Assembly (NCBI RefSeq): GCF_001194135.2
Contig: NC_068987.1
Location: 78,562,321 to 78,626,162, forward strand
Length of the DNA stretch: 63,842 bases
Direction of reading: 5' to 3'
Source: Octopus bimaculoides
Taxonomy: Eukaryota
The notes under the pieces are model-generated. The model did not search any database. It saw only the letters and a program-made list of their open reading frames with translations, and was not told the DNA's origin. Shown here one piece after another: positions 25,486 to 39,206 of this stretch (the stretch's first letter is position 1; every line of letters starts with the position of its first letter). The position numbers were made by a program, and so were the translations under genes.

Positions 25486-25574
<89 letters not shown>
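25486..25574. repeat. (TAT)n(AGT)n compound microsatellite
   Basis: Visible run. Confidence 0.95.
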
Positions 25575-25575
<1 letters not shown>

Positions 25576-26245
25576 AGTGAGGTAGCAGAATGGTAAGCAA
25601 GCTGGACGAAATACTTAACAGTATTTCGCCCGTCACTACGTTCTGAGTTCAAATTCCGCCGAGGTCGACTTTGCCTTTCATATTTTCTGGGTCGATATAT
25701 TAAGTACCAGTGAAACAATGGGGTCGATGTAATCAGCTTCCCCGTCCTCAAAATCTCAAGCATTGTGCCTATAGTAGAAAGGTTTATTATTATTCTTATG
25801 GCCGCTAGCTGGCAGAATCGTTAGCACGCTGGACGAAATGCTTAGAGGTATTTCGCCTGTTGCCGCTTTCAGAGTTCAAGTTCTGCCAAGATCGACTTTG
25901 CTTGCCATTATTTTCGGGTCGGTAAAATAAATACCAGTCTTAAACTGTAGTCGATGTAATCTTCAATGCCCCTGTCCAAAATTTCAGGCCTCGTGCCTAA
26001 AGAAGAAAGTATTAATATTATTATAATTATTATTCAAGGCGGCGAACTGCCAGAACGTTAGCACGCCGAATGAAATGCTCAGCGTCCTTTCGTCTGTCGC
26101 TACCTTCTGAGTTCAAATTCAGCGAAGCTGACTTGGCCTTTTATCCTTTCCGGGTCGATAAATTAAGTGCCAGTGAAACACTGGAGTCGATGTCATCGGG
26201 TTACCCATCCCCAAAATTGCTCCCCCTGTGGAAAAATTTGAAACT
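25576..26245 (+). mobile_element. Three consecutive family A SINEs separated by short (TTA)n
   Basis: gagttcaaattc/gagttcaagttc B boxes at ~25644, ~25872 and ~26109, each followed by gtcgactttgc-like and aagtaccagt-like blocks. Confidence 0.85.
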
Positions 26246-27368
26246 ATTATTATTATCATTATTATTATTACATCTTTTATTTACTACATTGGTGTAGGTG
26301 AGAGGGGAATAACAACAACCAAGAATTTGTGTCGGAGGTTACTTGCAGATGGCGGGAAAAGAACGAAATGAGATAAACATATACAGGAAGCTTACATCTT
26401 TGTTGTGTAGGATGTAAACGAATGGTTTAGGAAGACTATACCATTCATTTCTTGTAATAATTAATGAGGAATTCTTAAGGAAACAATTGCAAAATACCAC
26501 ATATCACCATAATTAATTCATACAGTAGATTGACTTGAATTGCCTCGAGTTTTGAAGTTGCTGAATCGCGAGATGTGCAAGCAAATGACACAATCAGTAA
26601 ATGAAAATAAATTTTTAACAGATATATTAAGAGACACGAGAAATTATTCAGAATTTTCGTTAATAGGATTATATAGAAATGTTTTCTCTTAAAACCTTAA
26701 TGATATTTACAATTTTTACCAAGGATATTGCAGCTGATAAAAAGGATTAACATGAATAATACATCAGGTATTACAGGTTTTATGGAATTGGGGAAAAATA
26801 CGCGTATAATGATTCAGATGTATTAGCTACACACACACATACACTTATATATGTATATATATGTATATANNNNNNNNNNNNNNNNNNNNNNNNNNNNNNN
26901 NNNNNNNNNNNNNNNNNNNNNNNNNNNNNNNNNNNNNNNNNNNNNNNNNNNNNNNNNNNNNNNNNNNNNNNNNNNNNNNNNNNNNNNNNNNNNNNNNNNN
27001 NNNNNNNNNNNNNNNNNNNNNNNNNNNNNNNNNNNNNNNNNNNNNNNNNNNNNNNNNNNNNNNNNNNNNNNNNNNNNNNNNNNNNNNNNNNNNNNNNNNN
27101 NNNNNNNNNNNNNNNNNNNNNNNNNNNNNNNNNNNNNNNNNNNNNNNNNNNNNNNNNNNNNNNNNNNNNNNNNNNNNNNNNNNNNNNNNNNNNNNNNNNN
27201 NNNNNNNNNNNNNNNNNNNNNNNNNNNNNNNNNNNNNNNNNNNNNNNNNNNNNNNNNNNNNNNNNNNNNNNNNNNNNNNNNNNNNNNNNNNNNNNNNNNN
27301 NNNNNNNNNNNNNNNNNNNNNNNNNNNNNNNNNNNNNNNCACTGATATGTATACACACTCACACAGAC

Positions 27369-27413
<45 letters not shown>

Positions 27414-27512
27414 CGTGCGTGTGCAATTGTGCGGTTGTGTGCGTGTGTGAATGTTGAAAGATGAGCAATATGTACAATATTTATAGAGTATAATTTAAGT
27501 ACAATTTTTCAG

Positions 27513-27624
27513 CTATATATTCCTGAGTGGCATGGGTGCCTGTTTACGAAATTTATGACAAAAACACCTGATTATTGGATAAACCCCATGCGCTCCATTT
27601 CCCTTGTCAACCAAATTCTTACGC
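27513..27624 (+). CDS. Weak candidate exon LYIPEWHGCLFTKFMTKTPDYWINPM...
   Basis: Acceptor caatttttcag; open for 38 codons; LYxxxxxGxxFTKF...WxN pattern recalls RGS22-type helices. Donor is poor (gttaaa). Confidence 0.2.
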
Positions 27625-28016
27625 GTTAAATTTAGTAACTAGAAACTGTCTAACGATTGAGTCTAGTTAATGTTGCTTTTGGTGTTGAAATAATCCGTAA
27701 CAGTTCTGTATTTGGAGAACTTTTCACTTCATCCTGCATGTGTCTGTGACTCTAAAATGGGACATAGTGTCACATCATTGTTCAAGCCCCAATTAAGGAA
27801 TAATGAAATAATTGTACGAATGATTACAAAACATAGAATTTAGTATATAGCTAGCGAGTTGGTACCGTTGCTAGAAATTCCGATAGACTGACTTGACCTT
27901 GGTTTGACCTGCCACGACGTATGCCTCGCTATCATAGCTACAGCATAGCCACTGTCACTGCTGCACACTATGATGTACTGAAGTAGGATTTAGCAACAGA
28001 TATATACACATGTATT

Positions 28017-28160
28017 TACGACGTGCTTTTTTCAGCTTCCATATACTAAACCACTTATACTGATTTGGTAGGTTCGAGGTTATACTAGAAGACACTAGCT
28101 CCAGCTGAGACGCAGTAGGACTGAACTCGGACCCATATACTTACCAGGCATCCACGGCTG
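28017..28160 (-). mobile_element. SINE family B (degraded)
   Basis: tacgacgtgcttttttcagcttcc ... tatactagaagacact ... ggactgaactcggacc. Confidence 0.65.
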
Positions 28161-29061
28161 TACCTATGCTGGAGATACCAAAAACATTTTCATACATACG
28201 TGATCCAGTGTTATATTATATAACTTCACTAATCTTTGATTAATTGAACATTATTAATAAAAGAAGAATATTATCAGGAGTGATATGCTGTAGTGTGCAA
28301 GCTGCTTCCAAATAGAGGACATGATTGTTTTGTTTTCTGTTTGGTTGAATCAATTTTCCATAAAAAGCATCACTGAAGCACTATGATCAGATTAAGAAAA
28401 CTTGTTCCCTAGATATTCCCTAGATAGTACCACTTCCGCAGAGATTATAACAGTTCACTAAACACTATGGCTGTACATTTATTACAACTGAGCAAGTGCA
28501 TTAAATTTGAGGTATATCTATAATGCAACATGATAACATGTAAATTAAAATATATTGGAAAATTTATGTAGCAATTACTAATAGCTCTACATATAGATAA
28601 CTCTGCTTGAAGATCTACTGAAACGCTGGAGAATATATAGCTAAAATGGGGTATAATTGAAAAATGATGTTTGTATTATAAATATTATAATTGATTGTTT
28701 CAGGTTTTGAGTTCCGTTAAATAAGTAATACATGTACGCTACGTACGGTAGCGAATTGATTGTGTAGAAGTTATTTGTTTCTGAGTTTTTGAATTGAGAG
28801 TGATACATTTGAAGCAAGCTGTGAAATTGGGCAGAGTAGAATAAGAGAGAACTATTTCCTTCCTTGTTTGAAGGTACTTCTCTGAAATTGCAATACACAC
28901 ACACAAACACACACACACACAAATATGAGTGTGTGTGTATGAACGTGTATGTGTGATCATAAATTCCTTCATTTATGACATTGAACCAAGCCTAAAGGAA
29001 ATCGATAACTTTGTACGGACAACTCGGTTTTTGATTCTCAATTGCAGCCATTCTACTTCAG

Positions 29062-29143
29062 TTACGTTGATAATGCTCTTGAGAAAGGCGTGAACGTCAC
29101 TGCCATAAAGATTTCTCTTTTCTACATGTTTGATTCGTGTCTG
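29062..29143 (+). CDS. Candidate 82-nt exon YVDNALEKGVNVTAIKISLFYMFDSCL
   Basis: ttctacttcag| ... CTG|gtatga; only one of three frames is open. Confidence 0.3.
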
Positions 29144-30128
29144 GTATGAAATCGATAGCTGGATTTATGAAGCATATATAATTCTCCAAATACTTCCAGT
29201 TTAGTAATCAATTTTTAACTATAAATGATACTAAGATCTATCTTATGTTCGACAAGAAGTAATTCTTTCATTGCATACTGACTACATAAAACAGAATAAT
29301 TTTCTTTAATGGAGCCATAATTTTTCTTTAGCATAGGTATTCAAATAAATTGAAGCATCTCAAGATTTTATTACATATGAAATGATTTACCAATAATTTC
29401 ATAGCTCTATTATATATATTTGAAAATCTTCAGCATGAATCTTATTTTCTTTGTCATCAGGATTCCATAGAAAACATTATCTAAAATATTTAGGAAAATT
29501 TAGCAAAGGTGAATAAAATACTAAAAATGAATATTCGAAAAGTTAACCTTTTATAATTGAGTATATTCAGTTATAGACTTGCGCTTCTGAAATTTCAATT
29601 AGCTTTCATATACATATTATATACACATGAAAAGAGTAGATTTTTTTTTTAGTCTTAAAAGAATCCTAATATATTAGGAATTTAACCATAAATTTATTTT
29701 CCTATATTTGATCAATATAGATCAAGGTGGACATAATAAATTATATTTACCTCAAGCAATGAAAACTTACATGGGAAATACTCTGCAAATTTTAGGAAAC
29801 CTGATATTATCGTAGAATTTATATAAATCTTATTGTAATGTATTACTTGATATTGTATATTGCTTAGCATGATGATGATGATGATAGACTTGATTTAGTG
29901 GTGGGTAAATATACGTTCATACATAGATGCTCGTGTACCCAAAAGTGAAATGTTTGCACACAGCATTTAACCCACCAAGAAAGGTTTTCATATACATATA
30001 TATCTCAATGATCAACTGGATATAAATTTATGTGTTTATGAAAAGTGGAAATACTTTTTGCATTTTTGCTAATACCAGTGACAAAAAACACATTACCTAA
30101 GTGAAATTCTAGCTTTAGGTACCTAGTA

Positions 30129-30395
30129 TCATCTCTGGCAGTTTTTGATGGGGCGGCACGTTTCACCTTTGTATAAACTACCACAGCTACATGGGATGGA
30201 GTACACGAAGTCTTTGGTCATATTCTCTTCTATTGGTGGTTTTACTCGAAGGAGATATTTGCAAAGTGTTGTATTACTCTTGAATACTATCCTGGTGTCA
30301 TATGGGCCGCGTATATTCCCCAAGACACATGAAGAAGGTTGGAGGGTATTTGTCCTCATCTAGTTTGTTGGAAACAAACTAGATGAGGACAAATA
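30129..30395 (-). mobile_element. Penelope-like element, GIY-YIG endonuclease fragment
   Basis: RIVFKSNTTL..YLLRVKPP.....VYSIPCSCGSLYKGETCRP matches the PLE VYxIPCxCGxxYIGETGR motif. Confidence 0.85.
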
Positions 30396-30421
30396 TCTGT
30401 CGATGTAAATAATGTAAAAAC

Positions 30422-30485
<64 letters not shown>

Positions 30486-30499
30486 GCTGTTGTTGTTGT

Positions 30500-30690
30500 T
30501 GTTGTTATCACTGAGTGAGAGAGCAGCGCATGCTGTCAGAGTGACACTGGGGTACAAATACACAAAACCCAATTTACCCATGATGACTACTTGTCTGATA
30601 AGGGTACACCAAGCACATGCATCACAACCATACATGCGCAACGTGTTGACCTCATATCAAGATAAACCGCGCATAGCCTTGCAGGTGGGG
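30500..30690 (-). mobile_element. Probable retroposon 3' end with (AAT)n tail at 30422-30485
   Basis: GC-richer unique block ending gcatgcgctgctctctcactc, running into (CAA)n/(AAT)n on the minus strand; family not identified. Confidence 0.35.
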
Positions 30691-31136
30691 CCCTATTAGA
30701 ATTTTCTTTTGGTCGACTATCCCATCCCGCTCAAAAGGTCCCTAAATAAGGGTTGTTTAAGGATTCGAACGGAATATTCATGTTTCCACAATGAATTCAT
30801 CTCAACAAATGATTATGGTACACCACCACTGCATTAGCTCGTGATTAGAGGTGCATATATCGTCAATCACTGAGGGACATACTCAACTGGTCAAAGTCAA
30901 GCAACTAACAAGTAAATCTGTGGTATTGAGCAGAATATTTGTTTTAGCCCATCTTTTATACCAAGACAAAACGATGTACATGATAACACTTCAATCAGTT
31001 AAGATGAGAAGCCATGAGAACCACCGTCTGGTACTGCATCAGGGCATTTATTATCGTTATTATTATTAAAGACATCGCACAGTATTCAATATCGTGATGT
31101 TGTTGACTGAAAATATTGTCTATCGGAGGTTTGTAC

Positions 31137-31243
<107 letters not shown>

Positions 31244-31404
31244 ATGAGGATGAGGAGTAGATGCAAGATCAGATATTTTGGAGAGGATATGGAGTAGTCG
31301 ATTAATTAACTTGGCTTCTTCACTGGTATTTAATTATCAATTCATGGATGAAAGACATTTCAGTTGTTACTAACCATTCTCCCCCTTCCTTTGACTGTTT
31401 GCAG

Positions 31405-31457
31405 AAGTGAATTATCTTATACATCCTTCCTGTGTCAAGGAGTATACCATCTTTGCG
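31405..31457 (+). CDS. Candidate 53-nt exon, (E)VNYLIHPSCVKEYTIFA or (R)SELSYTSFLCQGVYHLC
   Basis: Textbook 3' splice region: TACTAAC branch point (31368-31374), pyrimidine tract, tgcag; donor GCG|gtaaca. Confidence 0.45.
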
Positions 31458-31947
31458 GTAACATGAATTTAGCTGATACTTCTAGCACGATGAGAGGCCA
31501 GACAAATGTTTTAGCGTTTGCTCAGAGTCTACATATCTTCGCGAAAGCATGGCGGCATATTAGATGAATGTTATTCTAAAACTTGGCTCCTTTTAATCAG
31601 TAACATTGTTTCTTAAAGAGAAAAAAATGTTTAGCGTTTCATTTTTCGCGGGGCATTATATCCAAGGGAAACAAAATCTATTGGTGAGTGTAAAATAACA
31701 TTTCTCTGGTTGCCCCTTCAGAAGATAATTTGCTTTCTTTATAATTATTCGATGATAATATAGAAAACAAAGTCACTAAAGTGTTGTTAAAGAATAAGGA
31801 ATTGGTTAGTCATTCAACTATAGCCGATGGATACGCCCAGTGTCAAATAAATGAAAGCAGATTTCTTTTTTTTTTGTGTGTGTGTATAGTCTCACTAAAA
31901 TGAACTGCTTAAGGGTAATTGCTAAAGTCTTTCAGATCCGTTTCTAG

Positions 31948-32054
31948 GCTTTTCCGTCAGTTAGTGTCAAATATTGCTGCTTTAGGTTTCCTTAAATTCG
32001 TCATTCCCTTTCCATGGCTCCCGGTGCGATGCTATCTTGATTTCCGACTGATGA
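31948..32054 (+). CDS. Weak candidate exon LFRQLVSNIAALGFLKFVIPFPWLPVRCYLDFRLM
   Basis: Acceptor gtttctag; FxxLxxN...FxKF...CYxD pattern recalls RGS helices 1-4; donor weak. Confidence 0.2.
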
Positions 32055-32607
32055 GTTTCTTTTAGCTTTTTTTTATTGTTTGTTTATTTATGACATGATG
32101 AAACCAAGTGCATATTTCTTTATTCCTATATTAAATGACAAAGCAAGCTAACGAAATGAGAAAATATAAAGAAAACTATTCCTTTCTTTCGCTATTTAGA
32201 TTTCCTGAAGACCATACCGTAAACGAAAACATGTACCAAATTAAACTTTACTAAAAAACAAAACGAAAAGGGAATGAAGAGGAGGTGATGTTCGTAGTTC
32301 TTGGTACTTATTTCATTATTTTTCTAGTGTTTACATTTTTATTTCAAAACTGTTTAATATTTAGTATTAATTACAGACGCATAACAATATTCCTGATCAA
32401 ATTGCTAAAAGTTTAAATTTGAATTTCAGCTTAAATAGACTTAAATACACTAATAGACTAAATAGAACAATACTCACACAAACCTATGTGTATACATAAA
32501 GAAGTAAGCATATATAAATATTCAGTTTGTATGAAGCATTATTACACACACACGCACACATGTATGTGGGTATGTATGTATGTATGTATATATATATGTA
32601 TATATAA

Positions 32608-32646
<39 letters not shown>

Positions 32647-33374
32647 GGACGTGCTGCCTAAATAGGTAAGGTAGGCAGTGCCTACCTTGAATAAAATAGA
32701 TCTATAGCAACACTTTACTTTTATGGCAAAATATGCACCTAATTCAATAAAATTATGAAAGTTACTCTGATTATTATGCATAAATTTTGCCAAAACTTGA
32801 AAGCAATATTTATTCCACAGCACATTTCAGTTATGTTGATGTTGTTGTTGTTAGTGGTGCTGGTGTCATTAAACTAGGGTAAAACCTCATAAAACTGTTT
32901 AAAAATTTAAAACATCCGATTTGTGACCATCTCGTCTATCTGGGTACCCTGGAATAGCTAACAATTGTGACCTTGTAGACATTTAATACGATAAGTTGTG
33001 ATTTGGAGGATGTAGATTGCCATTTCTAGACGAACAGGTGACCATGAAGAGGATTCATCTTTGGTTTGGATATGCGTATACTGCAGGGTTGTGCGAGAGG
33101 AAAATTGATTTGTCGTAGGATTCAGATCTGCAAAACGAGTTGCAAACATTTGAATCAATTCGTCTGTCCATGAAAACATTCTCCTCACAAGTTATAGACA
33201 CTCGAAAAAAGTGTCAGGGCTGATGATATGACCTCTAAGTAGGTCACTGAATCAGCGTTTGACTACTTCTTGAGTTCATGATCTACTTTGAAAGTGTCCA
33301 CACCATAATCAAATAAAGTTACTTACAACTCATCTAACTTTTCAATTCAACAACTCCTAACAAAATATTGATTT

Positions 33375-33518
33375 CAAATTTTAACACAAGGCCAGCGATT
33401 TCGCGGAAGCAAAGTTGACCTCGGCGGCTTTTAAACTAAAAAACGTAACGATGCACGAAATACCGCAAAGCATTCTTCCTGGCGCGGTAATGCTTCTACC
33501 GGCTCGCTGTCTTACTTC
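33375..33518 (-). mobile_element. SINE family A, internally deleted
   Basis: gcaaagttgacctcggcgg...cgaaataccgcaaagcatt...ccggctcgctgtctt. Confidence 0.7.
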
Positions 33519-33916
33519 AAACTGTGATATTAATGTTTAATAATAACACCTATCTGCATTTAGCTTCATTAAATTGTTTTCGGGTAAGAACTCTCTTTGG
33601 TATCCAGTTAAAATTCATTCAGTTAAAATCAATAAAATGAGATCAATAGAATAACAGAATAATAAAAAAAACAACTATACTACAAATAATTAGCCTAGTA
33701 CCAGTGTAAGAATGATTATTTCCAAAAAAACAAAAACGAGTTTTTTTTTCGTGACTAAATTGTTTTACCAGTTTAGCTGTAGTACATTTGAAGATTCAAG
33801 TGGAAAAATATAAACCTTACTTTAAAATCAGACCTGATTCTATTTAATCTGATACAATTGTTTTAGTTAAAGCGACGTATTTTTTTTTTTTGAATAGTTT
33901 TAAAGATTTTATTCAG

Positions 33917-33973
33917 GGATATGCAACGCTGATGTCTATTTACAGTGGAATTATAAGAAAAACACCCATTCTG
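33917..33973 (+). CDS. Candidate 57-nt exon (GYATLMSIYSGIIRKTPIL or ICNADVYLQWNYKKNTHS)
   Basis: ttttattcag| ... CTG|gtaaat; length is a multiple of 3; two frames open. Confidence 0.3.
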
Positions 33974-35245
33974 GTAAATGACGAATACTTAAGATGATGG
34001 GCAGATTGTTCACTGGGGAAAGAAAAACTAGAAAGATAAACAATAACGAGAAGCAATAAGGCAAAATAAAAATAATTAAGTATACGATACAGCAAAACTA
34101 AAACTAATTTCTTGGAGATGTCAGAGTTTAAAACTTACGTCAAAACTTCAATCCCCCTCGGGCAAATATTAAAGAAGAAAAATATTCCTTATATTTACGA
34201 AGGGTTTACCTTCATGCCGCTGAGAACATTATCCCCAACTCTCTGTTTCTTTTTCCTTTTGCATTTGTTTTGCAACTTAAAAGTCGAGGAAATGTGAAAT
34301 ATTTTCGCTATGTTTTAGCAAATTACTTGTTTTGTACTCGATGACATTTGATGCCGTCACGCATCATCATTGCCTCAGAATTTATTCTGAGAAGAGTTGC
34401 CAGAGGAGGAGAAAAATGACTCCTTTTGCTAATACATGAATTTATCTATACAGATTGTGATGTAAACATGAGTTTGTCGAATAAGTGAACGAAATAGCAA
34501 AACAAAAATTAAAAAAATATATTAGAGAAAATATATGTGAAAAGTTTGACAATATTTTATTTATTTATATATTTTCTGTCTCTCTCTCTTTTATGTGAAT
34601 GAATATATAAATATAAATCTTAAACCAACAGAATAAACAAATAATTTGTTTCCTGAACGAAAAAAATATTTGCATTTTCTACTTTCTCCATTTAACTTGA
34701 TACATAGGTGCACATAAACAAAGAAACGTGCACGCATACACTCACGCACACACACGCGCACGCACACACACATACACACAAAAATCCACAAGCACATACA
34801 CGGGAACATATTCCAAACATATACTATCAAGGAGTCTGGTCACTCGATCTGCCAGGAATTCCTGACAAACTTTTCTCATGCACAAAGGTATAAAACATTG
34901 TCTATTATAATCCTGAATATCAATTTAGATGGGATGTTTATGGCTGGAATGATGATTTCGAAAATAGGCTTGCTCGACTTATGTTCATTTCTGAAAATCA
35001 AACAGATAACATAAGATTACTTTTTCCTTCTTTTTCCGATTGACTGTCCGTAGCTTTCTTCGTCTTTGTTAGTTCGTTTCGTTTATCTGTCTGCCTGATT
35101 GTCTACTTCTATCCCTGTATAGATAGAGAATAAAAACAAGAATAAATATTAGTAAAAAATTTATTAATATATCATAGAATGTTTGGAAGAAAATCGTTTC
35201 CCCTTTACGTATATACATGAATATATACATGCATACATACATACA

Positions 35246-35281
<36 letters not shown>

Positions 35282-35306
35282 TATATATAGTTTTTTTCAC
35301 TCTTAT

Positions 35307-35354
<48 letters not shown>

Positions 35355-36437
35355 TCACTCACTCTCACAATCTTGTATACATACATGAACACTCGCATGC
35401 ATTCACATACATACACAGACATATGTGAATATAATACTATAGATTAATGGGCCGAAATTGCTTTCACAGTCAGTCCACAGCTGAAGAAATAATTTGGTAG
35501 CCTTGGTTATACTTTACCTTGTGTAATTTATTCTTTAGTCTGTGATTAATTTGAAGTCTATTTGTACATGTCTAAATCTATATGCCTAGATGTGCGGGAA
35601 TATATATGAATATATATATGTACACACACACGTATGTATGTGTGTGTATATGTATATATACACACACAGGTATGTCTATATGGGCACATGCACAGACACA
35701 CAAGCACACGTACACACATACTCACACACACGCACAAATATATACATATGCATATGCGCACATTTAGATGTGCACGCATGTTTGTGTGTGTGTGTTTTTG
35801 TTTAAATTTATTCCATTAATTTTAATGACTGCAAGATAGAGAACGCTGTATTGGTTATAGTGTGAAAAGTATATTTATGGCCAAGATACATACCTATACT
35901 TTAGCTTCTACGTGTTGTTCATGGAGAAGCTTGAAGATTGAAAGTAGCCAATAGCCCAATGTGTATTATTATTTTGCACATAGCTTGTACAAACGGACAC
36001 ATTTTTCATTAGTTGTCGACTGGAGATCTCAAGTATTTCTTCGCCTACCGACTTTATCGTCCCTTCCAGTGGTATCAAGTGGTAGTGATACAACTAGAGG
36101 ACACCCGTGTTATATGGGCCACACAATTATCTCCATCCGCCGTGTAGCCGACTTAGCATGCTGCATGTAATTATATTCACCACAAACAAGTATCAAATAT
36201 TGTGTTTCACTTCTCATTGATGATTTGCTAATCTCTCTGTGGTTAACTCTTACATACATGTGAGTAAGCATTTAAAAAAAATTCTTTCTGGAACTCAGGT
36301 TCTATTTAGGTTCAGTTTTAGCAAGACATGCCACGGTGGAGCTAGTCTCAAACCCACAGCATTTAACCAAAACTGGATGCAATTTACACATTTTTCTCGC
36401 GCATTACGCGATTCCCACACTTCTTTACATTTAAGGC

Positions 36438-36530
36438 GGTTTTACACGGTGGGCTTCTTTTAGTTTCTCTCTTTCTCTCACAAGGCTTCGGTCGGTTCGG
36501 AGGCATAGTGAATTGCCATGGAGTAGAAAT
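36438..36530 (-). mobile_element. SINE family B fragment
   Basis: gggcttcttttagttt...ctcacaaggcttcggtcgg. Confidence 0.55.
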
Positions 36531-39147
36531 AAACTTCAAACCTTTCAGCTGAAAATTTTTCTGCTTTAAATAATTCTATTTATTAACAGTATAGGTACTT
36601 TGACATACTAAATGTTTTAGAAGACACAAAACATAATTACTATGCTTTGACGGCAATAGTTCTGGTAACCTGGTAGCGGGGCAAATGGCATGACTGGTGG
36701 TGTTTTGTTACATCGCTGTTTGTTACGAATTTAAATCCTATTGAAGCCACCTTGGCTTTTCATCCTTATGCGTAGAATGTCTTGAGAATCAGTAATACAT
36801 TGAGAGCAATATAAATCAACTTTCTAAAAACTTCTGCGAATGTATCAGCGTTAGAAATGGATAGGTGTCAATACTATACACAAAAATTTGAATATTTCCG
36901 GTTTTTATAAATCATTTTCTTAATGCTTTTGAAACTGATTTAATTCATTTAAGACGTACTCAATAAACATTTCTTAAGGTAAATGATGATTTAAAGACGG
37001 ATTAGTGACAAATAATTCATTTTTGTTATTATGAAATAATTTAATTACTTAAATCTGGTATTGTATTTCATTTCATTCTGCTTACTAAAACCTAGTTTAA
37101 CTTTTTGCTTCGGCATTTTACCGGATTCAGTTTATGTAGAATAACAGGTAGAACAAAATGCATTGATCAGAATAATATTACAGTATTAAACATTGTAACC
37201 ACAGTCAGTAGCAGAAGAATAAGAATCTCGTTATGTCTTCTGTACTTTCTCGTGAAGAGTTTCCATTCCTGTTAGATAGCATCATCTTTTGGTTTCGCAT
37301 GCAGCATTCCACAACCTAAAATTCTTCGTTCTTATATAACTTATATATAAAGAAAAAAGTAAATAAATAAATTATGTAAGTAAATATATTACGTTATATG
37401 TTGTACATCATGATCAACAGTAAGATACGCCTGAATGTTATTTTAAAAGCAGAGAAAATTTCGCGTCTTTTCACTTAATGTTTTTCCTGTTTTGCTTATT
37501 TGTTTCAACTTTTCAGCTTGTAAGCTTTTGTTTTCGATTGCATGAGAAATTCAATTTTGACACGCTAAACATAGCTTGTGGTTACAGATAATCATAATAT
37601 AAATTCATCTGGTTTTGAAGCCAAAAACCTCCATAATATTTAGATTGGTCAGGCTGCAAAAATAAATCGATGGCGGGTTTTTTGGAAGACAAGAAAACAT
37701 ATTTAACCGTAAGCTATTCACAAACTCCTACTGACATCAATGGCAGACGAGAAATATAATCGTCTCACATATTCGATATGTGACACTAACTTTAGATGTT
37801 ATCGTCTTCTGAGAGTGTTAAACCGAACATGATGTATAGAGGTGGCCCAGAGCATTAGAAATATTGAAGGCACTAATTTTAACTCGTGAGCATACTGTCT
37901 AATGACATTGTCCGGTATCAGTTTTGCTTATCATTACTGTGTGTGAAATGCAGCACACATAATCAGTTGCAATCTTTGCACAATTACTGTGAATGTAACG
38001 TTGAGTGGAGATATTATTTACCTTTCTTTTGCTGATGCAAATTAGACTACCATGCTTATTCCATGTCGTTCAGTCATACAATGAAAGCCACTTAATAGAT
38101 TGATAATATGGTATCTTCATTTGTTTTCCAAATTCCTTAATCTACGAATATTTTCCACGGGGCAAATATTTACCGTCTTGAATTGATGTGATATTATTTT
38201 CTAGCTCAGCTTACTTACGATAATGAAAGCAACTTCTCGTGTATTAGTTATTTACAAGAAGCGGCCAGTTAGCAACCAAATGAAATTGTAGTGCTAGAGT
38301 GTCGTCTTGTATATTATAACGTAGGTTTTTATTATTATGTAACCCATAAACATACATATACTGCCAAGATACGGTTCTATACTCTCTCACACACATTCAC
38401 ACGCAGACACATATACACACACACACTCATACAGGTCCGAACATTTGTGTAAACGAATGAAAGGGGTCCCAGATTATATGTGTAATGCATATATTACCTA
38501 ATACATTTATCTGTAGTTTGCGAGCAAATGATTATACCGCGATTACCCTGAATATTACGGACATGTAAACATGTATAATCGCTCAGGTGTCTGCATATCT
38601 ATATGTATGTATGTATGCATATGTGAATATATACATGCATATATATATATATATATATATATATANNNNNNNNNNNNNNNNNNNNNNNNNNNNNNNNNNN
38701 NNNNNNNNNNNNNNNNNNNNNNNNNNNNNNNNNNNNNNNNNNNNNNNNNNNNNNNNNNNNNNNNNNNNNNNNNNNNNNNNNNNNNNNNNNNNNNNNNNNN
38801 NNNNNNNNNNNNNNNNNNNNNNNNNNNNNNNNNNNNNNNNNNNNNNNNNNNNNNNNNNNNNNNNNNNNNNNNNNNNNNNNNNNNNNNNNNNNNNNNNNNN
38901 NNNNNNNNNNNNNNNNNNNNNNNNNNNNNNNNNNNNNNNNNNNNNNNNNNNNNNNNNNNNNNNNNNNNNNNNNNNNNNNNNNNNNNNNNNNNNNNNNNNN
39001 NNNNNNNNNNNNNNNNNNNNNNNNNNNNNNNNNNNNNNNNNNNNNNNNNNNNNNNNNNNNNNNNNNNNNNNNNNNNNNNNNNNNNNNNNNNNNNNNNNNN
39101 NNNNNNNNNNNNNNNNNNNNNNNNNNNNNNNNNNNNNNNNNNNNNNN

Positions 39148-39206
<59 letters not shown>

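Noticed and set aside
29425-29470. Minus-strand CTGATGA...GAAA hammerhead-like match
   Set aside because: No stem II and no U at position 16.1; chance match.
31405-31457. TRPA1-like LxHPxCxKEY reading
   Set aside because: The expected LxMKW continuation is absent and cannot be reached with compatible splice phases; no ankyrin or channel exons found.
32643-32690. cagggacgtg...ggtaggcagtgcctacc, like a DNA transposon terminus
   Set aside because: No matching opposite end or TSD found; too little to call as a feature.
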